Origin: Branchiostoma belcheri | Lineage: Eukaryota | NCBI RefSeq assembly: GCF_001625305.1 | Contig: NW_017804120.1 | Span: 262,546-291,552 of the forward strand | Direction: 5' to 3' | Length of the DNA stretch: 29,007 nucleotides | Shown: one piece after another, positions 19,960 to 29,007 of the stretch | Position numbering within the stretch: position 1 is the first letter of the stretch | How the letters are laid out: the number at the start of each line of letters is the position of its first letter | The notes under the pieces: generated by a model | Seen by the model: only the letters and a program-made list of their open reading frames with translations | What the model was told of the DNA's origin: nothing | Database searches by the model: none | Translations under genes and position numbers: made by a program

Positions 19960-20160
19960 AACCTTCATAAAAATTTTTCAAAGGCATGTATCAAAAAAAT
20001 GAAAAAAACGCCTGGGGGTATTGGCCCACTCTACCTCCAGGCCAAATTTCAAGTCATTTGGCTGAATGATGGCGGAGTTGAATCCCTTTGACTGTTTGGC
20101 AGGAGGAGAAGGAGGAGAAGGAGAAGAAGAAGAAACATCAGAGAACACAATATATTTCAT
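19960..20160 (+). repeat. Dispersed repeat family D, copy 1. Contains a (GGA/GAA)n microsatellite at 20098-20140. The inverted copy is at 25860-26020.
   Basis: ggcctggaggtagagtgggccaatacccccaggcg and ggaggagaaggaggagaaggagaagaagaagaaacatcagagaacacaatat match the reverse complement of 25868-26003. Confidence 0.5.
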
Positions 20161-21249
20161 CCATACCATGGTATGGACTGAAATATAACAAGAAAGTCTG
20201 ATATAAAATTGATCTTTGATTAGGCTGAAGATATGGCTAGTATTATATTCTTAAACATTCTTGATTTTCTTCCCTAGTAAGTTTAAGAAAGGCCATTCTT
20301 GTTTTTCTTAGCAACATTTAAGAAAATACCAGAAAGTTTAAGAAAGATGATTCTTATTTTGCCTGGTGATGTTCAAGATGATGTAAGAACTTTTTTCTAG
20401 TTTTTCTTGTCATGTGACCTTTTCTAAACCCCTGATTGGTTGATTCAAATCCCAGAATGCAGTTAGGGGTTTTGAACATAAGTCAGATGTAAGAGCCGCG
20501 CTGCTACTTATTTTTGTCAGTTACTGACTCATGTCAGATTTGAAGTCAAAATCAAATCAAAAAGGACCTTGTGTACATGTGAAGCAATGGAGATCGTGGT
20601 CATCTTGCTGAAGAAACCAACTTTGCAACAGAAAAAGCATGAAACCAAACAGATTGAAGGTAAGTGCGCCCCCCTCCCCACCTATAAGATCTGTTGACAT
20701 TGTTTTTAGACTTCATAGCCCAAATATTGTTACAACGCCATTGGGGTTGATTTCAAAGTCAAATCATTATCTCTGGTGTATTGTATAGTAAAGTTTATTA
20801 CAGTGCTTTCTAATACAATTTTAAATTGTTTACTCCAAGTAATAAAATAGTATTTTAGCATCCTCTTTTGACTTGTTGCCTTCAGTACACGCATGCAAAC
20901 TAACACAGGTCTTTCCTGTTGTTTTTCAGGTGTCCAAAGGGTGTGACTTTGCCAATTCTATAATGCGAAAACTGCAGTTTTTGCTGAATATGCTTCTGAT
21001 CTGAATGTGATACGATCTGTATTCTGAAATCATAATGGCTTGTTAGTTACATCGTATAATATTTTGAAAGTTACTGTTAACTCTTTCCATTCCAAGAATG
21101 TTGATGGACTGATTTTATATTTTTAATTAGATACATTGTACAAAAATCAATGTGATAATAAACATCTCTATAGTGTCCAAATGCTTTTCAAAATAACATT
21201 TAGTTGCTATACATTATTGTCTGTTTTATATTTAGGTAGCACTATATAC

Positions 21250-21790
21250 ATTGTATTTCTTTTCTTGTGGGCAGAATGGTTTTCTTGCTACAAGAACAGA
21301 GTCAGCTCTTATTTCAAGAAATCTTTTCTTGTGTACAGAATGGTTTTCTTGCTACAAGAACAGTTAGCTTCGTTCAAGAAATCTCTTCTTGTGGGCAGAA
21401 TGGTTTTCTTGCTACAAGCACAGTTAGCTCATAGTTCAAGAAATCTTTTCTTGTGGGGAGAATGGTTTTCTTACTACAAGAACAGTTAGCTCTTAGTTCA
21501 AGAAATCTTTCCTTGCGTGGAGAATGGTTTTCTCGCCACAAGAAGAGTTAGATAATAGTTCAAGAAACCTTTTCTTGTGGGGAGAATGGTTTTCTTGCCA
21601 CAAGAACAGTTAGATCTTAGTTCAAGAAATCTTTTCTTGTGTACAGAATGGTTTTCTTACCATAAGAAGAGTTAGATCTAAGTTCAAGAAATCTCTTCTT
21701 GTGGGCAGAATGGTTTTCTTGCTACAAGAAGAGTTAGATCTTAATTCAAGAAATCTTTTCTTGTGTACAGAATAATTTTCTAGAAAACTT
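21250..21790. repeat. Minisatellite. ~61-bp unit x ~9 (tcttttcttgtgggcagaatggttttcttgctacaagaacagttagctcttagttcaagaaa), decaying to 21990. Compositionally related to the 18610-19370 block.
   Basis: cagaatggttttcttgc recurs at 21271, 21336, 21396, 21458 ... with a 60-64 bp period. Confidence 0.85.
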
Positions 21791-22017
21791 AGAAATTCTT
21801 ACTGCAAGAATAATATTCTAAGGATATTTAGTCCAAGATATATAAGAAAAGAAATCTTACCACAAGAAAAATATGCTAAAATGCAGTTTCTTGAAATTCT
21901 TGTCTCATGGACAAGATTTTTTTCTTGGATGAAGAATAATTTTCTCAGTGGAAGAAAAGTTTTCTTCTCTGAAGAAAAACAAGATTGGCATTTTTGGTAG
22001 TGTGGGCCCTGATAGTT

Positions 22018-22285
22018 TATTGTTTTTGCTCAGTTTATTCTTCTTCGTCAGTTCCAAATTCATTGCCCTAAACAAGGTGTCAGAAGCTGTCATAATGGAA
22101 ACTGGTGCTGTAGCAACACCCTGTGGTGTTGGGCTACTTTTAAAAAAAATGTATGACATTGTACATGTAGCAGAACAGATTTGGAGAGGCTGCCCATCAT
22201 CATACATATAAAATTTATTTGACTTTGGGTAAGAATAAACATAGCAGTAGTTTGTTGGGCTAGACGGCGAGGGTAACATTAATAT
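22018..22285 (+). repeat. Dispersed repeat family B, copy 4 (uninterrupted, ~270 bp).
   Basis: ttgtttttgctcagtttattcttcttcgtcagttccaaattcattgccc...gtcataatggaaactggtgctgtagcaacaccctgtggtgttgggctac...tttgggtaagaataaacatagcagtagtttgttgggctagac. Confidence 0.7.
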
Positions 22286-22354
22286 AATTATTATAATAAT
22301 AATTATGCATTAATGGCTTAAAGTTTCTAGTTTTAATGTTTTGTTTCATTTCAG

Positions 22355-22435
22355 GCCACTCTGAAGGCTGTTATTAACAACCGTGAGATCAGCACCATGG
22401 TGTCCACTTCTGAACTCAGCATCACAGCTGGCAAG
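22355..22435 (+). CDS. Exon I of VIT+vWA gene. Encodes ATLKAVINNREISTMVSTSELSITAGK.
   Basis: Acceptor tttcatttcag|, donor |gtgggc. 81 nt, phase 0. Position in the alignment is consistent with VWA5A ...GEVCLKYTLQGKTFEDKVTF. Confidence 0.65.
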
Positions 22436-22485
22436 GTGGGCAGCTTTTTGGCAACACCACAGGAGCAGTGCCATATTTCACCTTA

Positions 22486-22764
22486 AGGCCACACCAATTT
22501 AATTTGTTGGTTCTCAGAATTTTTTATAAAAAATATGAAGCGACAGGGCGGAAAAAATTAAAATAAAATCAGGTCTAGGCATCCTATTATAGCCCAAAAT
22601 GCTATGATAAGAGCCATGAAGTCAACACAAAAGGCTGGGTTAATATGTAAACAATGAATTTCGAACTTTTGATAGATGGAAAAACTGTAGGAACTAGGAA
22701 GAAAAGGACTTTCCCCAACTGAAGAGGCTAATCCGAGAACCAACAAATTAAATTGGTGTGGCCT
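22486..22764 (-). mobile_element. MITE family A, copy 3 (internally deleted, inverted orientation). Begins 50 bp downstream of the exon I donor.
   Basis: aaggccacaccaatttaatttgttggttctcagaatttttt...ccgagaaccaacaaattaaattggtgtggcct. Internal sequence is the reverse complement of the right half of copy 1. Confidence 0.75.
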
Positions 22765-23197
22765 AAAGAAACTTAATGTCCTTCCCGCAACCATTGGCAT
22801 AGTCGCATATGGCGATGCCCATTCCTGTTTTGGTAGCCCTTGGGCCACACAGTTGTGCAATCACTACATCAGGGGGTTTAAGCATGCTAAGGTTTAAATT
22901 GCTTATAAATCGAGGACGTCATAATTTTATCACAGTAATCAGTTAATTAAGGATACAGAGTTTTTATAAATATTCTACTTAAAGCTTGTTACAATTTATG
23001 CTTGTTTGTGCAGACTTCTTTTTCTCGCTTTTGTTTTCGTTGACTTTTATTATTTGTTATAATGTTGATAATGTTATTTTATTGTTGGTGTTGTCCCCCA
23101 GACATTCCGTGAAAAAAGCCAGAAGGCCATAAGTCTTTTTGGATAAATAAAGAACAACAAGAACATGATCATGGGAACTGGTTCAAAAAGCTGAGGA

Positions 23198-23440
23198 AGT
23201 TTTTTTTTACCGAATTTAACGTCATTTTTCCCCAAACGGGTGTTAGACGTGCTTGCACCAAGTACAAGTCTTTTTTTTAAGCAAGATTTTTACGGCTGGA
23301 TGCTCTTCCTAACGCCAACCGGAACCCAAACCCTTTAGTGAGGCTCAGGATCCCTCTAACTGAGGGGGGAAATACGTGTAAAGTGCCTTTCCCAAGGGCA
23401 CAACGTCTGGGTGCATGTTCGGACATGTCTCAGTCCAATC
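23198..23440 (-). mobile_element. tRNA-derived SINE, copy 4. 5'-truncated within the tRNA head, full tail with poly-A (T-run 23203-23211 on +).
   Basis: Reverse complement matches copy 1 from GGATTGGACTGAGACATGTCCGAACATGCACCCAGACGTTGTGCCCTTGGGAAAGGCAC through CGTTAGGAAGAGCATCCAGCCGTAAAAATCTTGC...GCACGTCTAACACCC. Confidence 0.7.
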
Positions 23441-23531
23441 CTGAGTGATTTTGTCAAGAATTTTGGTAATTCTTCGAGTTGAAGAACAGTTAAAAGTTTA
23501 TTGTAACTTACAACACGGTTTGTTTTTTCAG

Positions 23532-23612
23532 ATCCTGCACCAGCTAACGGCTCGAGCTGTGATCAGGGACTGGGAAGATGGAACACTGCATGTAGACAGG
23601 ACACACCACGAG
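23532..23612 (+). CDS. Exon J of VIT+vWA gene. Encodes ILHQLTARAVIRDWEDGTLHVDRTHHE.
   Basis: Acceptor tgttttttcag|, donor |gtcagt. 81 nt, phase 0. Parallels VWA5A LTIHRLAARSLLQTKDMGL. Confidence 0.75.
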
Positions 23613-23670
23613 GTCAGTCTATTTTCCTGAAATTAAGAATTATAGGGCTGTGTTGTATACATTGTACTTA

Positions 23671-23962
23671 GGTCACATCAATTTAATTTGTTGGTTCTCG
23701 CATTCGCCTCTTCATTTTTTCTGATTTGCAAAAAAAAAAATTCTGGTTCTGAATCAACTCAAAAATGCTCATAATTTGCACCCAACAGTTGAGGAAAGTT
23801 TATTTCTTCCTACTTGTTACAGTTTTTCCATCTATCAATGCAGTGGTTTGATTAAAGTTCAAAATTCATTGTTTAGATATTAACCCAGTATTTTGTGTTA
23901 ACTTCATGGTTCCTATTGTAGCATTTGGGGCTGTAATAGGATGCTCGGACCTGTTTTTATTT
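23671..23962 (+). mobile_element. MITE family A, copy 4 (degenerate left TIR ggtcacatcaatttaatttgttggttc, 3'-truncated).
   Basis: Internal sequence collinear with copy 1 (cattttttctgatttgcaaaaaaaaa...gctcataatttgcacccaacagttgaggaaagt...cagtggtttgattaaagttcaaaattcattgtttag). Confidence 0.65.
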
Positions 23963-24546
23963 CTGAAAAAAATATAATTATTAAATCAGTATGTAAACCC
24001 TCAATAAAAAGATAATCTACCACCAAAAAAAGACAGTTAGCCACTGTAATGTACATGTAATGTTATATCTTACAGTAACAATTACTGTTGATTGGCCAAA
24101 CTGGTTAAGGTACAGGTTTTTGTTCTGTACCTACTGATATACCTGTACCTGTAAATAAAACGTATGTAGCTCACCTATACACAGCTCTACCAAATTAACA
24201 TAGAATGAAATTCATCAATGCTATGATAATGATGTTATAATGATAATAACTTGCATCATTGACGTTTGTTTCCTTTTGGACTTTGGAATTTATCTTCACT
24301 AATTTGCATAGCAATCAGTAGTTCGTTCTTATAAACCTGCTTTCTCCTGCAGTCTCTTAGTGTCACTGACAAAAGCTAGTGGATGCTACCTGAAACGTCT
24401 GACCATTTCCAAAATCATGTCCAGTTGCTTGAGTAACTGTTTTTTGGTGTATCGTATTACTTAGTACCTGGATGTCTAATCTTCACATAAGACACCGACA
24501 TAATATTCTTTCACCACACTTTGAATGTTTTCTACTTTTTTTCTAG

Positions 24547-24648
24547 ACCAAGAAGATGGGACTGAAACCTTACATTATCAGTCTCAGTAAAGAGTACTCC
24601 ATTGTCACACAGTTTACCAGCTTTGTGGCCGTGGAAAAGAGAGAACAG
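24547..24648 (+). CDS. Exon K of VIT+vWA gene. Encodes TKKMGLKPYIISLSKEYSIVTQFTSFVAVEKREQ.
   Basis: Acceptor ctttttttctag|, donor |gtgaga. 102 nt, phase 0. Parallels VWA5A LNLSLESGVISSFTAFIAINKELNKPVQ. Confidence 0.75.
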
Positions 24649-24774
24649 GTGAGAAAAGTTTTGGCAACCCCTCAGGAGTGGTTCCATTATACAATGTATC
24701 TGTAACATAATATGCAATTTGAACACTTCATTTCACTCAGCACTACTGGTCAGAACGTAGAATGATCTATTTCA

Positions 24775-25120
24775 CATGTGCCATGTTGGATTACAGTTTA
24801 TTCTGGACTTCCAGTTTAATTCAGGACTAATTCCCATATAACCTTACATCTAGATGGGCCAATGTTGTAAACTACAGGTAATTTAAAAATGATGTATGAA
24901 ATACGAAGTAGCCATTAAGGACCCCGTGGGGATTAACCCAATTCTGCAGAATTCTTCCCAGAATTCTGGCTCCAGTTCGCAGAATTCTACAAAATTCTGG
25001 CTCCATTTGCACTACATATAGTATACATATTTCTTACATCATTTTGACCTATAGTTTACAATCATGATTCATCCAGAATGATACTGGAAGTCCAAAATTA
25101 AACTGGAGGCTGTTCTATTA
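24775..25120. mobile_element. Inverted-repeat element in the intron between exons K and L. Arms share ggacttccagt / cagtttaatt / tgtaaactacaggt motifs.
   Basis: 24793-24830 (cagtttattctggacttccagtttaattcagg) and 24866-24879 pair with 25048-25061 (acctatagtttaca) and 25067-25112 (ccagaatgatactggaagtccaaaattaaactgg). Confidence 0.4.
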
Positions 25121-25207
25121 CATGCTGCTGCTGTAATCAATGAATATGATATGGTATGGTATAATATGATATGATTATTGAATCAGATATGATATGGTTT
25201 GATATAG

Positions 25208-25336
25208 GGTGAAGATCTAACAACTGGTGATGGTCCCACCATCAAAGAACTGGTGCAGAAGGAGAGTGTAGACATCCTATCATACATGGGATGGCAGCAG
25301 GACGAAGGACAATTGGATAGTACAGAACTGTTTGAG
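25208..25336 (+). CDS. Exon L of VIT+vWA gene. Encodes GEDLTTGDGPTIKELVQKESVDILSYMGWQQDEGQLDSTELFE. Further 3' exons were not identified in the window.
   Basis: Acceptor gatatag|, donor |gtaaga. 129 nt, phase 0, open frame. Confidence 0.6.
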
Positions 25337-25545
25337 GTAAGAAGCATTGAAAAGACTATAAGGACACAGTTATATGCAAATTTAATTTATTAAGTTATCT
25401 GTAGATTAATTAGAAAGGGGGTAGGAAACTGAGAGATATCTTTAATTTTGGAATTTCTAAACAGGTTGAAATCCTTAAAATCATCAATATTGATGTGCAA
25501 ATAAGACTTAGTCAAGTACAATGTACAACATGAACTATGATGTTG

Positions 25546-25750
25546 GTATCATGAAAGTTCTTCTGTGTTTAACTTTAGTAGTAATCATAGTAAAATGTTG
25601 AACTTTATTTATTCCAACACTAAGTTACAGACAGATCAAATATTCAGCCATTTCAGTCATTAATTATCCTGATGAAGGCAACAGTGGTCATTGAAAATTG
25701 GATCTCTGTGTTACTTTGTGTTGGAAGAAAATTGAATGTTTCAATTATAT
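25546..25750 (+). mobile_element. MITE family G, short copy (deletion derivative).
   Basis: tcatgaaagttcttctgtg...atcatagtaaaatgttgaactttatttattccaacactaagttacagacagatcaaatatt...attaattatcctgatgaaggcaacagtggtcattgaaaattggatctctgtgttactttgtgttggaa. Same ends and internal attaattatcctgatgaaggc.acagtggtcat as 26710-27045. Confidence 0.6.
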
Positions 25751-25859
25751 ATTATTAATGATGTTTGTATGCCTTAATTACTAGACTAAAGTGTTTGTTG
25801 CAAAGTCTTTTTGCATATATTTTATATCTTTTTGCATATATTTATGGGTTCACCACAGA

Positions 25860-26020
25860 AGTGGTGTGGTGAAACCATATTGCTTTTTCTGATGTTTCTT
25901 CTTCTTCTCCTCCTCCTGCCATTTTTTAAATGGATTCAGCTTCTTCATTTTAGGGCCCAAGGTCCTGAAATTTGGTATGGAGGTACAGTGGGCAAATACC
26001 CCTAGGTGTTTTTTAAATTA
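25860..26020 (-). repeat. Dispersed repeat family D, copy 2 (inverted relative to 19960-20160).
   Basis: atattgctttttctgatgtttcttcttcttctcctcctcctgcc...ggtatggaggtacagtgggcaaatacccctaggtg. Confidence 0.5.
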
Positions 26021-26709
26021 TTGTGATACAGGCTTTTAGAATGGTTTTATTTGAGTTTTTTGGCTGTGTTATAGCAAATGTATTACTGTGTTAGTGTGCC
26101 TTGTTTACCACGTTTGGGCATGAGTCATCACAATGGAATGCAGGGCATCAACCAATAGGCATGCAGCTTTCCTCTATACTTCTTGCTGATTGGCTGTTGG
26201 GATTTAACTTGATTAACACCTGCACAGAAGAATTTCTGACAGTATGTCTGTATTCAAGTGTTTTGGTAGGTATTTCAAGCTTTCCTGCTCCAGCATTGGA
26301 ATGCCGGGCATGGACGTTTTTTTTTTATTTTGAAAATCAACAGTTTGCATTATGCAATTAAAAATCCTAACCAATAAAGTAGGGAATAGCTATCCAACTG
26401 TTGTTTTAGTTGTATTTTACTTCATATTATAGTTATATCAATGTAAATCATTGTTTTCCCTTGTGTTTCCCATTCTTTCCCTGCCATGTCGTAAAATGTG
26501 GTGAACCCATCGCTGTATTTGCTCCAAAGCAAATATTGGCCTTTCTAGTTGCATATCTTTTTGCATATATTTTGCATGTATTTATGTTTTGTAAATATGT
26601 CATGTGTGTCTTGAAGGACCACAGGAAGAATAGCTACATTTGTTGTAAGCTAAATGTGGATCCCAATAAAGTCAAAGTCAAAGTCATATAGTTACTAGAA
26701 TAATTATTC

Positions 26710-27045
26710 TTATCATGAAAGTTCATCTGTGTTGGTAATAATCATAGTAAAACATTGAACTTTATTCCAACACAAGGGTTACAGAGCGATCAAATTTTCG
26801 ACGACAATTGTCGCCTTCAACAGGATAAGTAATGACCAATCACTTCACAACGTGATCTCGCGAGAGTTACGGTTTACAAAAACGTGACCTTATTCACACG
26901 AGACTTTACTGATACGTGACGTAAGCAATTGATCAAAAGATTAATTATCCTGATGAAGGCGACAGTGGTCATCAAAAATTTGATCGCTCTGTAACCCTTG
27001 TGTTGGAATAAAGTTCAATGTTTTACAATAATTATTCTTGTTGGC
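26710..27045 (+). mobile_element. MITE family G, long copy (~335 bp). ~50-bp TIRs (aaaacattgaactttattccaacacaagggttacagagcgatcaaatttt / aaaaatttgatcgctctgtaacccttgtgttggaataaagttcaatgtttt). Abuts the 14-3-3-like ORF.
   Basis: TIRs seen directly. The internal sequence contains TGACGTAA (CRE-like) at ~26915. Confidence 0.7.
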
Positions 27046-27048
27046 CAG

Positions 27049-27483
27049 ACCACAACTAAAGCCCTTGGAGACAACTTGGAGTTAAACGCCGCATTGGTTA
27101 TAGCAAATAATGAGCGTAATCTACCGCCAACTGATGCAACAGTACTACAGGCGAAACTGCAGTTAGCAACGTTTTATCGCGACAAGTTGAATATGCCAAA
27201 AAACGCATGCCAGATTGCCAAGTCGGCGTTTGACGACGCGATTGCGGAGTTAGATACGATGAGCAAAGAAAGCTACAAGGACACGACCTTGGTCATGCAG
27301 CAGTTGAGAGACAACTTGACCTTGTGGTCTTCAGAGGACAGGGAAGAAAAAAAAACAGCTAGTGGAAAGAAAAAGGTGCCAAACCTCAAGTTGCATGATG
27401 TCGCATCTAGGAAGCACGTCGGCAGAACGTACTGCACCTGCGCAAAACCCGTAATGTATCATCATTTGCACATAGCTCTTTGA
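27049..27483 (+). pseudogene. Divergent 14-3-3-like C-terminal fragment (helices ~7-9 only). Encodes ...[73 protein letters not shown]... Likely a pseudogene fragment or an orphan terminal exon.
   Basis: Unmistakable similarity to the conserved 14-3-3 C-terminus (…[67 protein letters not shown]). No N-terminal 14-3-3 helices are found upstream. The upstream sequence is a MITE. Strongest homology spans 27115-27345. Confidence 0.5.
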
Positions 27484-27721
27484 CAGAATGTCTCATATAA
27501 GGTCACATTCGCACATACTAAGGTCAACATCTGACTGTAATTTCCAAATGTTATAATGTCAGAAAAGATATCGTCTGCAACAGGCCAAATTCTGCGGCAA
27601 CGCTGACCAAAAATCCAATGGAAACCGTGAAAAATTGGGGTTTTGCTCAGGCGTAGTTTACGTTCTGTCAACGTGCGTATCTAGATCTAGGACTGTGTGT
27701 GTGAGTGCACACATACATGTA

Positions 27722-28215
27722 GTCATGTTTAAAGTTAAAACTTTTGATCCAACAAAAAGAAATCTCTCACCTAGAGCTTTCGACCAGTCACTCTGGTCTT
27801 CCTCTAGTAGACTGACCCAGTGAAGCTTGTCACATGGCTTCTTTGAAGTGTGACGTCAACACTGGGTCAAAGGTATCTGGTAGACGATGTCAGCCCCCGT
27901 CGCGGTTCAAAGAAGGGTGATTTTGGACACTGAACAAGACTATATTTCTTGAGAGGGGTGAAGGAAGCCATATACATCAGGGCCCATCACCCTACATTGA
28001 ACTGCGACGGGGGCCAACATCGTATACCAGATACCTTTGACCCAGTTTTGACGTCACACTTCAAAGAAGCCACGTGACAAGCTTCACTGGGTCAGTCTAC
28101 TGAGGAAGAGTGACTGGTCGAAAGCTCTAGGTGAGAGATTTCTTTGTGTTGGATCAAAAGTTTTAACTTTAAACACTTAACATGTGACTAACAACTAAAG
28201 ATGAACTTTCATGAT
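27722..28215. mobile_element. Large foldback element, family F. ~200-bp inverted arms around an ~80-bp centre.
   Basis: Left gtcatgtttaaagttaaaacttttgatccaacaaaaagaaatctctcacctagagctttcgaccagtcactctggtc...cgcggttcaaagaagggtgat. Right atcaccctacattgaactgcgacgggggcc...gaccagagtgactggtcgaaagctctaggtgagagatttctttgtgttggatcaaaagttttaactttaaacac...catgaaagttcatc. Confidence 0.75.
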
Positions 28216-29007
28216 AGTATTAGTTATTGTAGTGTTCTAGCAGGCCTTTTTAGCATAGGGGCCCCCTATGTTATGATTTTGACCCCTATGCTATAATTTT
28301 GACCCCGCTTAAGTTTCAACCAGCATAGGGGTGTTTTGGGAGGGAGAAACTTCATAAATCTTGCAAAAAATGAAAATATAACTTTAGAATGATGCTATTT
28401 AGGGAAAACCTTAACTTCACAAAACAAAGAAGAAATAGTGTCTCAGGGGTTTATGAGTTTCAAAAGTATGTAATAGTATGGGATGAGAATTAAGTATGGG
28501 ATGAAAAATAAGGCATTTACAATGATTTTGAAAATTTCTAATATATTATACAAAATACAAGATATAACAGTAATATAATATCATTAACTTGTTTTTATTT
28601 ATCATTTTGTTTTGAAATTGCTAACAGTCATTCTCATACACATATCTCGGCTACAATCTATATGATTAACATCGCGGTAAAATTAAAAAATATTTTGATA
28701 TATGACTGTAATTATACACATTTGCTGCTATGTTCCAAGACAGTTATACCAGCTGTACTGATACAGATACAGATGCTCAGTCATGATATTATTAATGCTC
28801 GTTATTGATACTTAATTAGGCTTTTAGCTTTTATAGAAAGGACCCCTAGAGTAACCAAGCGTGTAAAAGCAATCTATATCTAATGAGCCTTGTACATCCC
28901 TGAACAAAGTACAATTAATCTTTAGGGTATACTTAGTTCATACCTATTTCTGGCTTGAAAGTAGACCATACATTATTTAGATTATTTTGAATTACTTTGA
29001 AGTCAAA

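Noticed and set aside
20590-21003. Possible cassette exon pair (ATGGAGATCGTGGTC...ATTGAAG|gtaagt and tttttcag|GTGTCCAAAGGGTGTGA)
   Set aside because: Good splice consensus, but joining them gives a stop after 5 codons. Neither fits the phase-0 host gene frame or the VWA5A alignment. Not reported as exons.

Overview
This window is eukaryotic, intron-rich and repeat-dense genomic DNA, most likely from an invertebrate metazoan. The species cannot be determined from the sequence.

The plus strand carries at least 12 exons (about 1370 to 25336) of a VIT plus von Willebrand A domain gene resembling VWA5A / inter-alpha-trypsin-inhibitor heavy chain. All exons have GT-AG borders and consistent phases, and the vWA MIDAS motif D-x-S-x-S (DASNS) is present.

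The 10.4 kb intron between exons G and H (7129 to 17580) contains a nested two-exon gene on the same strand. It encodes a type I transmembrane leucine-rich-repeat receptor:
- Exon 1 (10304 to 10730) encodes a signal peptide, an LRRNT cysteine cluster and leucine-rich repeats.
- Exon 2 (13053 to 15227) encodes more LRRs, an LRRCT, a Thr/His-rich glycosylated stalk, a transmembrane helix and a long cytoplasmic tail.
- The tail is built of three tandem coding repeat arrays (37 aa x5-6, 15 aa x5, 35 aa x3). Each unit carries tyrosine motifs such as the ITIM-like V-S-Y-M-D-V.
- A 1-bp deletion in the first tail repeat (about 13955 to 13965) breaks the reading frame.

Downstream, at about 27049 to 27483 (clearest homology 27115 to 27345), lies an intronless and divergent 14-3-3-like C-terminal fragment. 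It is tightly flanked by two foldback MITEs.

The rest is mobile and repetitive DNA:
- one tRNA-derived SINE family (4 copies) sharing a conserved central core GTGCCCTTGGGAAAGGCAC;
- a ~350-bp MITE family with GGCCACACCAATTTAATTTGTTGG terminal inverted repeats (4 copies);
- several foldback or palindromic MITEs, one of them a near-perfect 245-bp palindrome;
- a CR1-like LINE 3' fragment;
- four copies of a ~270-bp dispersed repeat, one carrying a nested 222-bp insertion with a 7-bp target-site duplication;
- an intronic 61-bp minisatellite of about 14 copies, each with a perfect NF-Y/CCAAT consensus (CTGATTGGCT);
- other minisatellites and microsatellites.

No prokaryotic-type features (CRISPR arrays, operons) are present. 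All coordinates are accurate to a few bp.
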